From an uncultured Bdellovibrio sp. (GTDB lineage Bacteria; Bdellovibrionota; Bdellovibrionia; Bdellovibrionales; Bdellovibrionaceae): 64,000 nucleotides of DNA. The DNA is taken from the NCBI GenBank assembly GCA_963932905.1, contig CAWVRN010000017.1, positions 1-64,000 of the forward strand, given 5' to 3'. The notes beneath the pieces were generated by a model. That model was not told where the DNA came from. It searched no databases and saw only the letters and a list, made by a program, of their open reading frames with translations. Shown piece by piece: positions 27,876-36,854 of the stretch. The translations under genes and the position numbers were made by a program. Position 1 is the stretch's first letter. Every line of letters starts with the position of its first letter.

Positions 27876-28607
27876 ATGAAGCAATCTATTCAAAACTATC
27901 CCGATGGGCTCAATACAAAAGTCATAGCGATACCAATTTTGGATGATAATTATGTTTACGTACTGACGGATGATAGTAAAAAAGCATTTATCGTTGATCC
28001 GGGGCTTGCAGAACCTGTGATAGAAGTTATTGATGAACTGGGTCTAAAGCCAAACTACCTTTTGATTACTCATTCACATAACGATCATATTGGAGGCGTT
28101 CGTGAAATTACGGATCGCTATTCAGGGATCAAGAAAATCGATTTTACAAACAGCACGGTGGAGCGGCAATCCTTTGAATGGAATTGTCATTCATTCGAAG
28201 TGTTCAGAACTCCAGGCCACTGGCATGATCATATTTGCTTTTTTGAACGCCAGAATAAAATTCTATTCTGTGGCGATATTCTTTTCAGGTTTGGGTGCGG
28301 ACGTATTTTTGATGGCACTTTTGATCAGTTGTACCAAAGTTTACAAAAAATTAAAAATCTACCAGATGATACGGATGTTTACTGTACACATGAGTATACC
28401 AAAGCCAACCTGGCCTTTTGTCTGAAACAAAAATTGGTTAAAACGACTGACTTCACAACGGATGAAAAGCAGAAAATGGATTCAGTTCCCAGTTTACCCG
28501 TGCCTTTATCTGTAGAAAAGAAATATAATCCCTTTATAAAGGCCGAATCGCTAGAAGAATTTACTCGGCTGAGAACATTGAGGAATTCGTTTCGTTATGA
28601 AAAATAA
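27876..28607 (+). CDS. gloB: Hydroxyacylglutathione hydrolase (glyoxalase II)
   Basis: DNYVY, THSHNDH, TPGH, GDILFRFGCGR, HEYT, NPF. Confidence 0.9.
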   Translation: MKQSIQNYPDGLNTKVIAIPILDDNYVYVLTDDSKKAFIVDPGLAEPVIEVIDELGLKPNYLLITHSHNDHIGGVREITDRYSGIKKIDFTNSTVERQSFEWNCHSFEVFRTPGHWHDHICFFERQNKILFCGDILFRFGCGRIFDGTFDQLYQSLQKIKNLPDDTDVYCTHEYTKANLAFCLKQKLVKTTDFTTDEKQKMDSVPSLPVPLSVEKKYNPFIKAESLEEFTRLRTLRNSFRYEK

Positions 28608-29001
28608 TATTCGGAAAAGTATCTTTAAAAAAATTCTACTTGTGTTCGTCTTGTTTGTAATCCCGACTACGTACTATTGGTATGAAAAAGTTTTCGCCAT
28701 TTCTGAATTTCAACGTGTTGGCCAGGTTAAATTTCCAATGGGTGTCTATGTAGAGTCGTGGGAAGAGACCGGCTTCACCTTACATGGTCAATTTAAAATC
28801 GAAGAAAACCAGATTGAACAATTTAAGGCGGACAATCAATTGCAGCCGGCGGTAGAAGGTGCAAAAACGATCTATGTATTAAATAGATGTTATAACGATC
28901 GCCACAATCAGATTGACCTTAAATTTGATACGACAACATTGATTGCCGATATTAAATTAGAAACTACGGATTTTGCGGGCGATCCAATCTGTGATTTGTA
29001 A
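28597..29001 (+). CDS. Hypothetical membrane-anchored protein
   Basis: 134-aa ORF with an N-terminal TM segment, overlapping the gloB end. Confidence 0.6.
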   Translation: MKNNIRKSIFKKILLVFVLFVIPTTYYWYEKVFAISEFQRVGQVKFPMGVYVESWEETGFTLHGQFKIEENQIEQFKADNQLQPAVEGAKTIYVLNRCYNDRHNQIDLKFDTTTLIADIKLETTDFAGDPICDL

Positions 29002-29367
29002 TTACTTTGCGGGGCGAGTCCAAATAAACATCATCACCAGAACAAACGAAATCGTAAAGCCGATTTTTCCAAACATAGGTATGTAAGGTTTGGGATAAAT
29101 AAACAATGCACTGATCGACATCATCGTTGTGGCCATCAATTTGTATTTTGTGCGAATAACACCTTTAGCATTCCATTCTTTGATTGGTGGTCCAAAAATC
29201 CGGTGGTTCAATAACCAGGAATGCATTTTCTCTGACCCTTTGGAAAAACAAATCGCTGTCAGAATCAGGAAGGGTGTTGTTGGCAGCAGTGGAACAACGA
29301 TTCCAATCACCCCAATCACCAAAAACAACCAGCCAAGAAATAAATAAAATATGCGACTCATGTACAC
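29002..29367 (-). CDS. ybaN: YbaN/DUF454 family inner-membrane protein
   Basis: GIVVPLLPTTPFLIL..CFSKGS...WLLNH.IFGP. Confidence 0.88.
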   Translation of the reverse strand: MYMSRIFYLFLGWLFLVIGVIGIVVPLLPTTPFLILTAICFSKGSEKMHSWLLNHRIFGPPIKEWNAKGVIRTKYKLMATTMMSISALFIYPKPYIPMFGKIGFTISFVLVMMFIWTRPAK

Positions 29368-29497
29368 CTAGTATTTAGTCAATAAAGCCCCAATAGACAA
29401 CCGAGAGTTCAAATATTTAATAATTATTTGATCCCGAAGGCTCTCATCACTATGTCGATGGAAGTTGGAGTGAGCGAATCTGAATTGTTCGCCAAGG

Positions 29498-30349
29498 TTA
29501 TACTGATTCTGACTTGATTTGCTTTTTAGCTTTCGACCAGAAAGCTTCTTTCTGGTCGTCGGTCAGTGTGTTCCAATCTTGATTTTCACTTTCGACAATT
29601 TTCATCATCGTATTGAAACGATTTTCAAATTTACGATTAGCTTTTCTAAGGGCGGCTTCTGGTTCTATATTTTGATGTCGAGCCCACTGGCTCAATGAAA
29701 ATAGCACATCGCCAAATTCGTCTTCCAGTGCATCGTGCAGTTTTTGTATTTCCTCGGTTGGCGCATTTTTCGAGTTATCTATTTTCTTTTTTTCGACTTG
29801 AAGTTCGTTAATTTCTTCCCAAACTTTTTTTAGCACATCATCAGAATTCGCCCAATCGAACTGCAGTTTTTGCGATTTAACACCAATTTTATGAGCACGC
29901 TGTAAGGCCGGCAGGTGAGTTGGAAAATCAAACGGACCCGCCGATTTTTTAGGTGAGTTTTTCTTTTCAGCACGTTTAATTTCTTCCCAGTTTTTCCAAA
30001 CATCATCGATGCCAGAGACCTTGGTGTCCGAAAAAACATGCGGGTGTCGTCTAACAAGCTTTTCGTTAATGTTGGCTATAACGTCCTGAATTTTAAAGGC
30101 GTTACGTTCTTCTGCCAAAGCCGCATGGAGTGCGACTTGAAATAAAACATCCCCGAGCTCGTCCTTGACCAAAGCATCGTTACCAGACTCGACGGCGTCG
30201 ACGAATTCGTAAACTTCTTCAATCGCATAGGGAGTCAGTGTTTGGTGAGTTTGCTCGCGGTCCCAAGGGCACCCTTCTGGACCACGCAGTGATCTAACGA
30301 TTTGCATTAGTGATTCGAAAAGGTTAAAATTATCAGGAGGTTGCGGCAT
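29498..30349 (-). CDS. mazG: Nucleoside triphosphate pyrophosphohydrolase MazG
   Basis: GCPWDREQT, EEVYE, ELGDVL, RRHPHVF, second EFGDVLF repeat. Start at 30349 or 30385. Confidence 0.95.
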   Translation of the reverse strand: MPQPPDNFNLFESLMQIVRSLRGPEGCPWDREQTHQTLTPYAIEEVYEFVDAVESGNDALVKDELGDVLFQVALHAALAEERNAFKIQDVIANINEKLVRRHPHVFSDTKVSGIDDVWKNWEEIKRAEKKNSPKKSAGPFDFPTHLPALQRAHKIGVKSQKLQFDWANSDDVLKKVWEEINELQVEKKKIDNSKNAPTEEIQKLHDALEDEFGDVLFSLSQWARHQNIEPEAALRKANRKFENRFNTMMKIVESENQDWNTLTDDQKEAFWSKAKKQIKSESV

Positions 30350-30439
30350 ATAAATTAGACTCGATTTGGGCCCAGATTTGTCCATTTTCAGAGAAAGTTC
30401 AATATAAATCTAAGGCATTTATGCCGAAGTGTTTAACGT

Positions 30440-32896
30440 ATGGGGAATGACCAAAATAACGAAGGCGGAAATCGCGTTACGCGTTTGAATGATCGCATCA
30501 AAGATGCCGTATCATCCAAAGCCCATTCTAAACGCCAAAACTACGAAGACCCTAGTCACAAGTATCTAGACTGGGTTCACCAATTAGGTTTAGAGAAAAC
30601 TATTTTCGGCCGCTACCTGAACTGGCTAGAAACTACATTTTCTGTTCGTAAAGTTTTTACCGTTTTATTATTCTGTTTAGTTCTATCCTACCTAATTTTC
30701 TTTCAAATCAAAATTCCACACACTTTCAAAGTCGGTGATGCTGCCTCGGTCGATATCGTATCGCCGTTGACTTTCGAAATGGTGGACGAGGTAACGACGG
30801 AAGAAAAACGCTTAAAAGCAGAATCTAATATTCCTGTTGTTTTTGACTACGACACCAATGTTTTTGATCGATTGGCGGGTAATGTCTATCGTTCGTTCCG
30901 ATACATGCGTAATCAAATGCGCGATTTGAATTGGCCACGAAGTTATACAGCTCAGCAAAAACTGATCAAGGACCTATTTACTCATAAAGCTATTTTCGAA
31001 AAAGAACTGGGTGTATCGTTAGCCGACTATTTGTTTGAGTGGTTGATTGAACACCGTTTTCATCCTCGTATCGAAAACTCATTGGTTAGAAACCTGGATC
31101 TTTGGTATGCTAAAAAAATTGCGGAATCCCCAGATCGATTTATTCCAGCTCACCAAGAAGAAGTGATCGCGCGCGTAGTTCATAAGTCCAACTCGGGTCG
31201 TGAGTTCACGATTTCCAAAAAAGATATTCTAGATTTGCAAAATCCAGATCATTTTCAATTCATTGATAAAAAAGTTCTAGAAAAAATGGACGAATCAGAT
31301 CGGGCGAATCTATTGTATCTGGCCCGAGCTTTGATTATCCCAAATCTAACCTTGAACAAGCAAGAATTAGCGTCGCGAAAAACTACAGCGCGTGAATCGA
31401 TTTCTCCGGTGTTAATTACGATTAAACGAAATCAAGTTCTGGTAGCCAAAAGCCACCGTGTTCAGCCGTTCGATATGGCGGTGTTAAAACAAATAGAAAG
31501 CATTCAGTCAGATAAAAAGAAAGATTTCATGGCGCTTGCCATGGCGTTGTTGTTGTCGGTAACAGTACTGGTATTCAGTTCTTACATCCGTCGATTCACG
31601 CAAAATAAAATTAAATTTGAAACTAAAGATATCTCGGTAATGATGATCATCATCTTGGGTGTGATCGTGCTGACGAAATTCTATATGTTCATTGCAGATG
31701 CGGCCTTTATTTCAAAGTGGGGCAGTTACTTTACGCATTCAGTATTCTTGTTCGCAGCACCAGTGGCTGCGGGTCCAATGATTGTTGGTTTGATTATTTC
31801 TTCGGGTGAATTGGTTTGGCTGTTCACGGCGTTCCTGTCGTTAAGCTTAGCTATCATGGAAGATTTTAATTTTATGTTTGTGATCGTCAGCTTGGTGGGT
31901 GGTATCGCAGCGGCGCGCGGAGTTTTAAACTGTAAAAAACGAAATGATATTTATTGGGCGGGGGTTCGTACCGGTATTATCAATGCATTATTAGTAGCGT
32001 TCTTGATGCTCATCGCAAAAATTGAACAGGACGAAGCCTTAACGGAAGTTTATTTCGCGATCCCAGCGGCATTTCTAGGTGGTATCTTTAGTTCATTGAT
32101 CACGATGATGGTAATCCCGCTTGTGGAATCATTATTCAATTATACGACGGATGTGAAACTTTTAGAATTATCTAATCTGAATCATCCGCTGCTAAAACAA
32201 ATGTTGATTCAGGCGCCAGGTACCTATCATCACTCGATGATGGTCGGTAGCATGGTCGAAGCCGCGGCTGAAGAAATTGGCGCGAACCCATTACTTGCCA
32301 AAGTGATGAGTTACTATCATGACATCGGTAAAATGGAGCACGCACGTTATTTCATCGAGAATCAAAAACCAGGTCAAAACGCTCATGATTCGATTTCACC
32401 ATTTATGAGTAAAACCCTGCTTGTGGCTCATGTGAAAGATGGTGTCGAGATGGGTATGAAGCATAAATTGGGTAAACCCATCATCGACGGCATTGTTCAA
32501 CATCATGGTACAACGTTAATTTCTTTCTTTTATAATAAAGCCCTAGACCTTCGCGAAGAAGGTGATGCCGAGATTTCAGAAGAAGAGTTTCGTTATCCGG
32601 GCCCGAAACCACAGTTCAGGGAATCAGCTCTGGTGATGCTGGCCGATAGCATCGAAGCCGCAGCGCGATCGTTGGACGAGCCGACGCCAACTCGATTGCA
32701 AAATATCGTACGTAATATTATTCAAAGAAAATTTACAGACGGTCAGTTGGATGAATGTAATTTAACGCTAAAAGATCTATCTAAGGTCGAGCAAGCCTTT
32801 GTCAAAATACTTTTGGGTATATATCATCAAAGAATAGATTACCCTAAAAGCGCAGGCGGTGGATTAGGGTATATTTCACAGTCACAGACTAAATAG
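30440..32896 (+). CDS. 7TM-HD (HDIG) membrane phosphohydrolase, PgpH/YqfF-like
   Basis: Extracytoplasmic domain plus 7 TM; APGTYHHS, YHDIGK, QHHGT, FRYPGPKP, ADSIEAA. Confidence 0.92.
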   Translation: MGNDQNNEGGNRVTRLNDRIKDAVSSKAHSKRQNYEDPSHKYLDWVHQLGLEKTIFGRYLNWLETTFSVRKVFTVLLFCLVLSYLIFFQIKIPHTFKVGDAASVDIVSPLTFEMVDEVTTEEKRLKAESNIPVVFDYDTNVFDRLAGNVYRSFRYMRNQMRDLNWPRSYTAQQKLIKDLFTHKAIFEKELGVSLADYLFEWLIEHRFHPRIENSLVRNLDLWYAKKIAESPDRFIPAHQEEVIARVVHKSNSGREFTISKKDILDLQNPDHFQFIDKKVLEKMDESDRANLLYLARALIIPNLTLNKQELASRKTTARESISPVLITIKRNQVLVAKSHRVQPFDMAVLKQIESIQSDKKKDFMALAMALLLSVTVLVFSSYIRRFTQNKIKFETKDISVMMIIILGVIVLTKFYMFIADAAFISKWGSYFTHSVFLFAAPVAAGPMIVGLIISSGELVWLFTAFLSLSLAIMEDFNFMFVIVSLVGGIAAARGVLNCKKRNDIYWAGVRTGIINALLVAFLMLIAKIEQDEALTEVYFAIPAAFLGGIFSSLITMMVIPLVESLFNYTTDVKLLELSNLNHPLLKQMLIQAPGTYHHSMMVGSMVEAAAEEIGANPLLAKVMSYYHDIGKMEHARYFIENQKPGQNAHDSISPFMSKTLLVAHVKDGVEMGMKHKLGKPIIDGIVQHHGTTLISFFYNKALDLREEGDAEISEEEFRYPGPKPQFRESALVMLADSIEAAARSLDEPTPTRLQNIVRNIIQRKFTDGQLDECNLTLKDLSKVEQAFVKILLGIYHQRIDYPKSAGGGLGYISQSQTK

Positions 32897-32902
32897 GGCC
32901 GT

Positions 32903-33607
32903 ATGAAATTAAATATCATTAATGATTCGGGAATGGATTTATCCGAAGATGCTTTAAACAAATGGATGAAAGGCATCGCGGTCGAACTTCAAAAAAAGAA
33001 AATCATCGACAACGAAAAAAAGGCTCTCGAAGTGTCTCTGGTTTTTCTAAATGAAAATGATGCAAAAAAATTGAATTGGAATTATCGCTGCAAAGACTAT
33101 CCAACGGATATTTTAAGTTTCGGCTCTGATGATCCTACGTCAATGGGTGAGCTTGTTCTGTGTCCGCAAGTGATATCTCGTCAGGCGAAAGAACACGGTC
33201 TGAGTTTAGAAGATGAACTTGGCTACATCGTTCTTCACGGCGTGTTGCACCTGTTAGGGTACGATCATGAAAAAAGCAAAGTCGACGAAGAATTAATGAT
33301 GTCGATTCAAGACGAAGTTTTTGAAAACCTAAGAAATCCAAAAGCAGCTAAAAAAGGCAAAGGCACGGCTGAAGCGCCTAAAAAAAATCTGACTGTGAAA
33401 AAAGCGGCGATTGCTAAACCGGCGGCTAAGGCAGCAGTCAAAGAAACTAAATTATCTAAACCGGCAGCGAAATCTAAGATGAAGGAAGTTAAACAAGCGG
33501 CCAAGTCAGTTGCGAAGGCCGCGTCCAAACCTGCAGCCAAAACTAAGGTAAAAGAAACAAAAGCGGCTCCCAAAACGGAACCAGCTAAAAAACAGAAAAA
33601 GAAATAG
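32903..33607 (+). CDS. ybeY: rRNA maturation RNase YbeY with a Lys/Ala-rich C-terminal extension
   Basis: PTDILSF and HGVLHLLGYDH; tail with AKPAAK repeats. Confidence 0.92.
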   Translation: MKLNIINDSGMDLSEDALNKWMKGIAVELQKKKIIDNEKKALEVSLVFLNENDAKKLNWNYRCKDYPTDILSFGSDDPTSMGELVLCPQVISRQAKEHGLSLEDELGYIVLHGVLHLLGYDHEKSKVDEELMMSIQDEVFENLRNPKAAKKGKGTAEAPKKNLTVKKAAIAKPAAKAAVKETKLSKPAAKSKMKEVKQAAKSVAKAASKPAAKTKVKETKAAPKTEPAKKQKKK

Positions 33608-33621
33608 TTCAAAAAAAACAG

Positions 33622-33648
33622 AGCTGAAATTCTAAGCGGATTTCAGTT
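33622..33648 (+). terminator. Hairpin after ybeY
   Basis: AGCTGAAATTC-taagc-GGATTTCAGTT with a weak U-tract. Confidence 0.4.
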
Positions 33649-33730
33649 GTGACTCGCGTCTGTGTATTGTGACTGGCGTCAGATTCATAATACTTTTGTC
33701 AGGAACAAAATCCTTCAGTACCGTATACCA

Positions 33731-34853
33731 ATGTCTTTAGTTACAGAAGCGATTGAAATAAAACGTAAAATTGTAGAACTTGAAAGCCTCGGAAGCGAAC
33801 TCCGGGGGTATCTTTGACTTAGACAAAAAGAAAAAACGTCTCGACGAAGTCAATTTAGCGGCGGAAAACCCAGCTTTATGGGACAAGCCCGATGAAATGC
33901 AGAAAATCAATAAAGAGAAATCGCTACTGATTCGAGCCATCGAAGAGTGGGAAACGTACGACAAAAAACTTAAAGATGCTAAAACTTTGCTTGAAATGAG
34001 CGAAGAAGCGCAAGATGAACCGACCTTCCAAGAAGCCAAAAACGAAATTATCCAGATTGAAGAGTTAGGAAAAGGACTAGAGTTAAAGCGTGTGTTGAAT
34101 GGTGAGTTAGATCCAAACAACACCTATCTTTCCATCAATTCAGGCGCTGGAGGAACGGAATCGTGCGACTGGGCCGAAATGTTACTTCGCATGTATTTAA
34201 AATACTGTGATCGACAGGGGTTTAAATACGAATTGATTGATCGTAATGATGGTGATGAGGCTGGATTAAAATCATGCACCATCTTAGTAGAGGGTGCTTA
34301 TGCGTATGGGTACCTAAAGGCCGAAAGCGGTGTTCATCGTCTTGTGCGTATTTCGCCCTTTGATAGCAATGCTAGACGGCATACATCGTTTGCATCGGTT
34401 TTTGTCTGGGCCGAAATCGACGATGAAATTAATATCGAAGTTAAGCCGGACGATTTAAAAGTGGAAACATTCCGCGCCAGCGGTGCCGGCGGTCAGCACG
34501 TTAACCGTACGGATTCAGCCGTTCGTATGTACCATTTGCCATCGGGAATTATTGTTCAGTGCCAAACGCAACGTTCACAAATTCAGAATCGTGAAAAAGC
34601 TTTGAAGATGTTAAAAGCACAATTGTACGAACGCGAAGTGGAAAAACGAAACAAAGAAAAAGATGAAATGAATGCGCAAAAAAAAGCGGTTGAATGGGGA
34701 TCTCAAATTCGATCGTACGTTATGCATCCGTATCAAATGGTGAAAGACCATCGTACACTGCATGAAACCAGTCAGGTCCAAGACGTGATGAATGGTGACC
34801 TACAAGGTTTCGTGATGGCGTACCTAAAATCATTAAAGGTTGCGCCTCAATGA
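33731..34853 (+). CDS. prfB: Peptide chain release factor 2; join(33731..33814,33816..34853) via programmed +1 frameshift
   Basis: ATG 33731 reads MSLVTEAIEIKRKIVELESLGSELRGYL then CTT-TGA-C. The +1 frame carries SPF and GGQ. Confidence 0.96.
33803..33818 (+). promoter_or_regulatory. prfB +1 frameshift site (internal SD + CTT TGA C)
   Basis: CGGGGGTATCTTTGAC. Confidence 0.93.
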
Positions 34854-36118
34854 TAAAAAATCAGTTGAAGCCATTTTTGAGAAATCCATTGGTGTTTATC
34901 GCTTGGAAATTGTTGTTCACGCGAAAGTTTATTCTAGAGGGTTCAACCCCGCTGAGTTTGCTTGGTTTGGTCCTGGGTGTCGCCTGCCTGCTGGTTTCCA
35001 TGGCCGTCATGAGCGGTTTTGAAGCAACCTTGAAGAAAACCATGACGGATGTCACGGGCCATATTCAGGTGATCGATAAAAACAAATCGAAGCCATTTTG
35101 GAAAGATTTTGAAAATGAACTTAAAACTATTGAGCCAAAGCTAGAATCGACGACTCGGTTTGTGTACATTGAATCAGTATTAGCCAGTCAGGGCCAAATC
35201 GTTGGTATTTTACTTCAAGGTATCGACAGCGATCGCTATAAAAATATCATCAATCTGAATCAACGTTTGGTTGAAGGCGTGAACGATATTAGTCCTATTT
35301 CGGAAGGAAAAACAAGAATTCCACAGGCCATGATTGGTAAAGGTATTGCTCGTCGCCTAAATATTAAAGTCGGTGACAAGATCAATGTGGTTGTTCCGAT
35401 CAGTGACTCAGTAGATCCTTCGATTTTTAAACCTCAAGCGGCCGAATTTAAAGTTTCAGGTATTTTGGATTTAGGAAAGTACGAATGGAATGAGCGCCTC
35501 ATAATTACCGATATTACTTCGGCGCAAAAATTAGCGGCTATCGGTGATCGATACACAGGATTGATTATTAAGCTAAGTGATGATCGAGATGTGCGTGGGT
35601 CTGCGTTCCGCATGGCTCAAAAATTAGGTCCGCAGTATTTGATTCGTGACTGGCGCGACGTAAATGAAAACTTGTTCGATGCCGTGGAAATCGAACGCGT
35701 CGTTATCTTTTTCGTAATTTTAATTATCGTTATTGTGGCGGCGTTCAATATTTCGTCTACACTTTATGTAGGTGTGGTTCAGCGAAACAGCGATATTGCT
35801 ATATTGAAAACTCTCGGTGTTTCAAAAAAACAAATTTTAAAAATATTCACCTTGCAGGGATTGTTTTTGGGACTCATGGGTGTCGCCATGGGGCTGGTCT
35901 TGGGTTTTTTTCTATGTCAGGGTTTTATGATCCTGCAGAATCAATTTGAGTTAATTCCAGGCTCTGTTTATAAAATTGATAATATCATGATCAAAATTCG
36001 ATTGATTGATGTCTTTGCCATCACTTTGGCAACGTTAGTGATTTCGTTTTTTGCGACGCTGGCTCCAGCGCTGCGTAGTTCACGATTGAGTGTAGTGGAA
36101 GGACTTCGCTATGGGTAA
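34850..36118 (+). CDS. lolC: Lipoprotein-releasing ABC permease LolC/E
   Basis: MAVMSGF, AAFNISSTL, DIAILKTLG, EGLRY; upstream of lolD. Confidence 0.88.
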   Translation: MIKNQLKPFLRNPLVFIAWKLLFTRKFILEGSTPLSLLGLVLGVACLLVSMAVMSGFEATLKKTMTDVTGHIQVIDKNKSKPFWKDFENELKTIEPKLESTTRFVYIESVLASQGQIVGILLQGIDSDRYKNIINLNQRLVEGVNDISPISEGKTRIPQAMIGKGIARRLNIKVGDKINVVVPISDSVDPSIFKPQAAEFKVSGILDLGKYEWNERLIITDITSAQKLAAIGDRYTGLIIKLSDDRDVRGSAFRMAQKLGPQYLIRDWRDVNENLFDAVEIERVVIFFVILIIVIVAAFNISSTLYVGVVQRNSDIAILKTLGVSKKQILKIFTLQGLFLGLMGVAMGLVLGFFLCQGFMILQNQFELIPGSVYKIDNIMIKIRLIDVFAITLATLVISFFATLAPALRSSRLSVVEGLRYG

Positions 36119-36788
36119 TGTATTACTTTCAGCTCGCAATATTTTTAAAAGTTATCCGCAAGGAAGTGGAACGTTAGATATCCTTAAAGGAGTCAGTCTA
36201 GATATTCAAGAAGGCGAAGCTATGGGTATCGTTGGCAGCAGCGGATCGGGTAAATCGACTTTATTGCAAATTTTAGGGACGTTGGATTACCCGCAGTCCG
36301 GGGAATTAATTTACTTGGAAAAGAACCTTTTTCAACTGGACGACGAACAACTGTCGCTTTTTCGCAACCAAACCATTGGCTTTGTGTTCCAATTCCATCA
36401 TTTGTTAAGTGAATTGTCGGCTTTAGAAAACGTACTTTTACCCTGCCGAATTGCCAACCAAGATATCGGGATTGCGACTCGTCAGGCGGAGGAGCTTTTG
36501 GCATTTTTGGGCTTAGGAGATCGCTTGAATCATTACCCGAATCAGCTCTCTGGTGGGGAATTACAGCGGGTGGCGATTGCTCGTGCGCTAGTCAGACAGC
36601 CGCGAATTTTGTTCGCCGATGAACCAACGGGAAACTTGGATTCCATGAATAGCTACAAGATTCAGGAGTTGTTTTTCAAGATTCGCGAGCAGCTAAAGAT
36701 CGCCATTGTGGTGGTGACCCATGACCTGCATTTTGCCCAGAAATTTCCTCGAATTATGCATTTAAAAGACGGTCGTTGGGCTGAATAA
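36111..36788 (+). CDS. lolD: Lipoprotein-releasing ABC ATPase LolD
   Basis: [31 protein letters not shown]. Confidence 0.92.
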   Translation: MGNVLLSARNIFKSYPQGSGTLDILKGVSLDIQEGEAMGIVGSSGSGKSTLLQILGTLDYPQSGELIYLEKNLFQLDDEQLSLFRNQTIGFVFQFHHLLSELSALENVLLPCRIANQDIGIATRQAEELLAFLGLGDRLNHYPNQLSGGELQRVAIARALVRQPRILFADEPTGNLDSMNSYKIQELFFKIREQLKIAIVVVTHDLHFAQKFPRIMHLKDGRWAE

Positions 36789-36854
36789 TCCCCTTCTAAC
36801 ACGCCGCTTTTTTGGTTGTGACTCAACACGGAAAGGCCCTAATATCCTCAGCAC

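Noticed and set aside
29403..29445. Imperfect hairpin between mazG and ybaN
   Set aside because: Short and AT-rich, with no riboswitch or terminator signature.
30405..30430. Sigma-28-like promoter TAAA-N14-GCCGAAGT (similar weak match at 20644-20669)
   Set aside because: Spacing is one base short and the -10 match is partial; not supportable without TSS data.
33307..33612. Hydrophobic antisense ORFs opposite Lys/Ala-rich tails (also 36848-37060 and 44911-45228)
   Set aside because: Shadow frames of low-complexity AAA/GCN codons.
33780..34853. prfB as a truncated gene or with a TTG start at 33780
   Set aside because: Explained by the programmed frameshift from ATG 33731.
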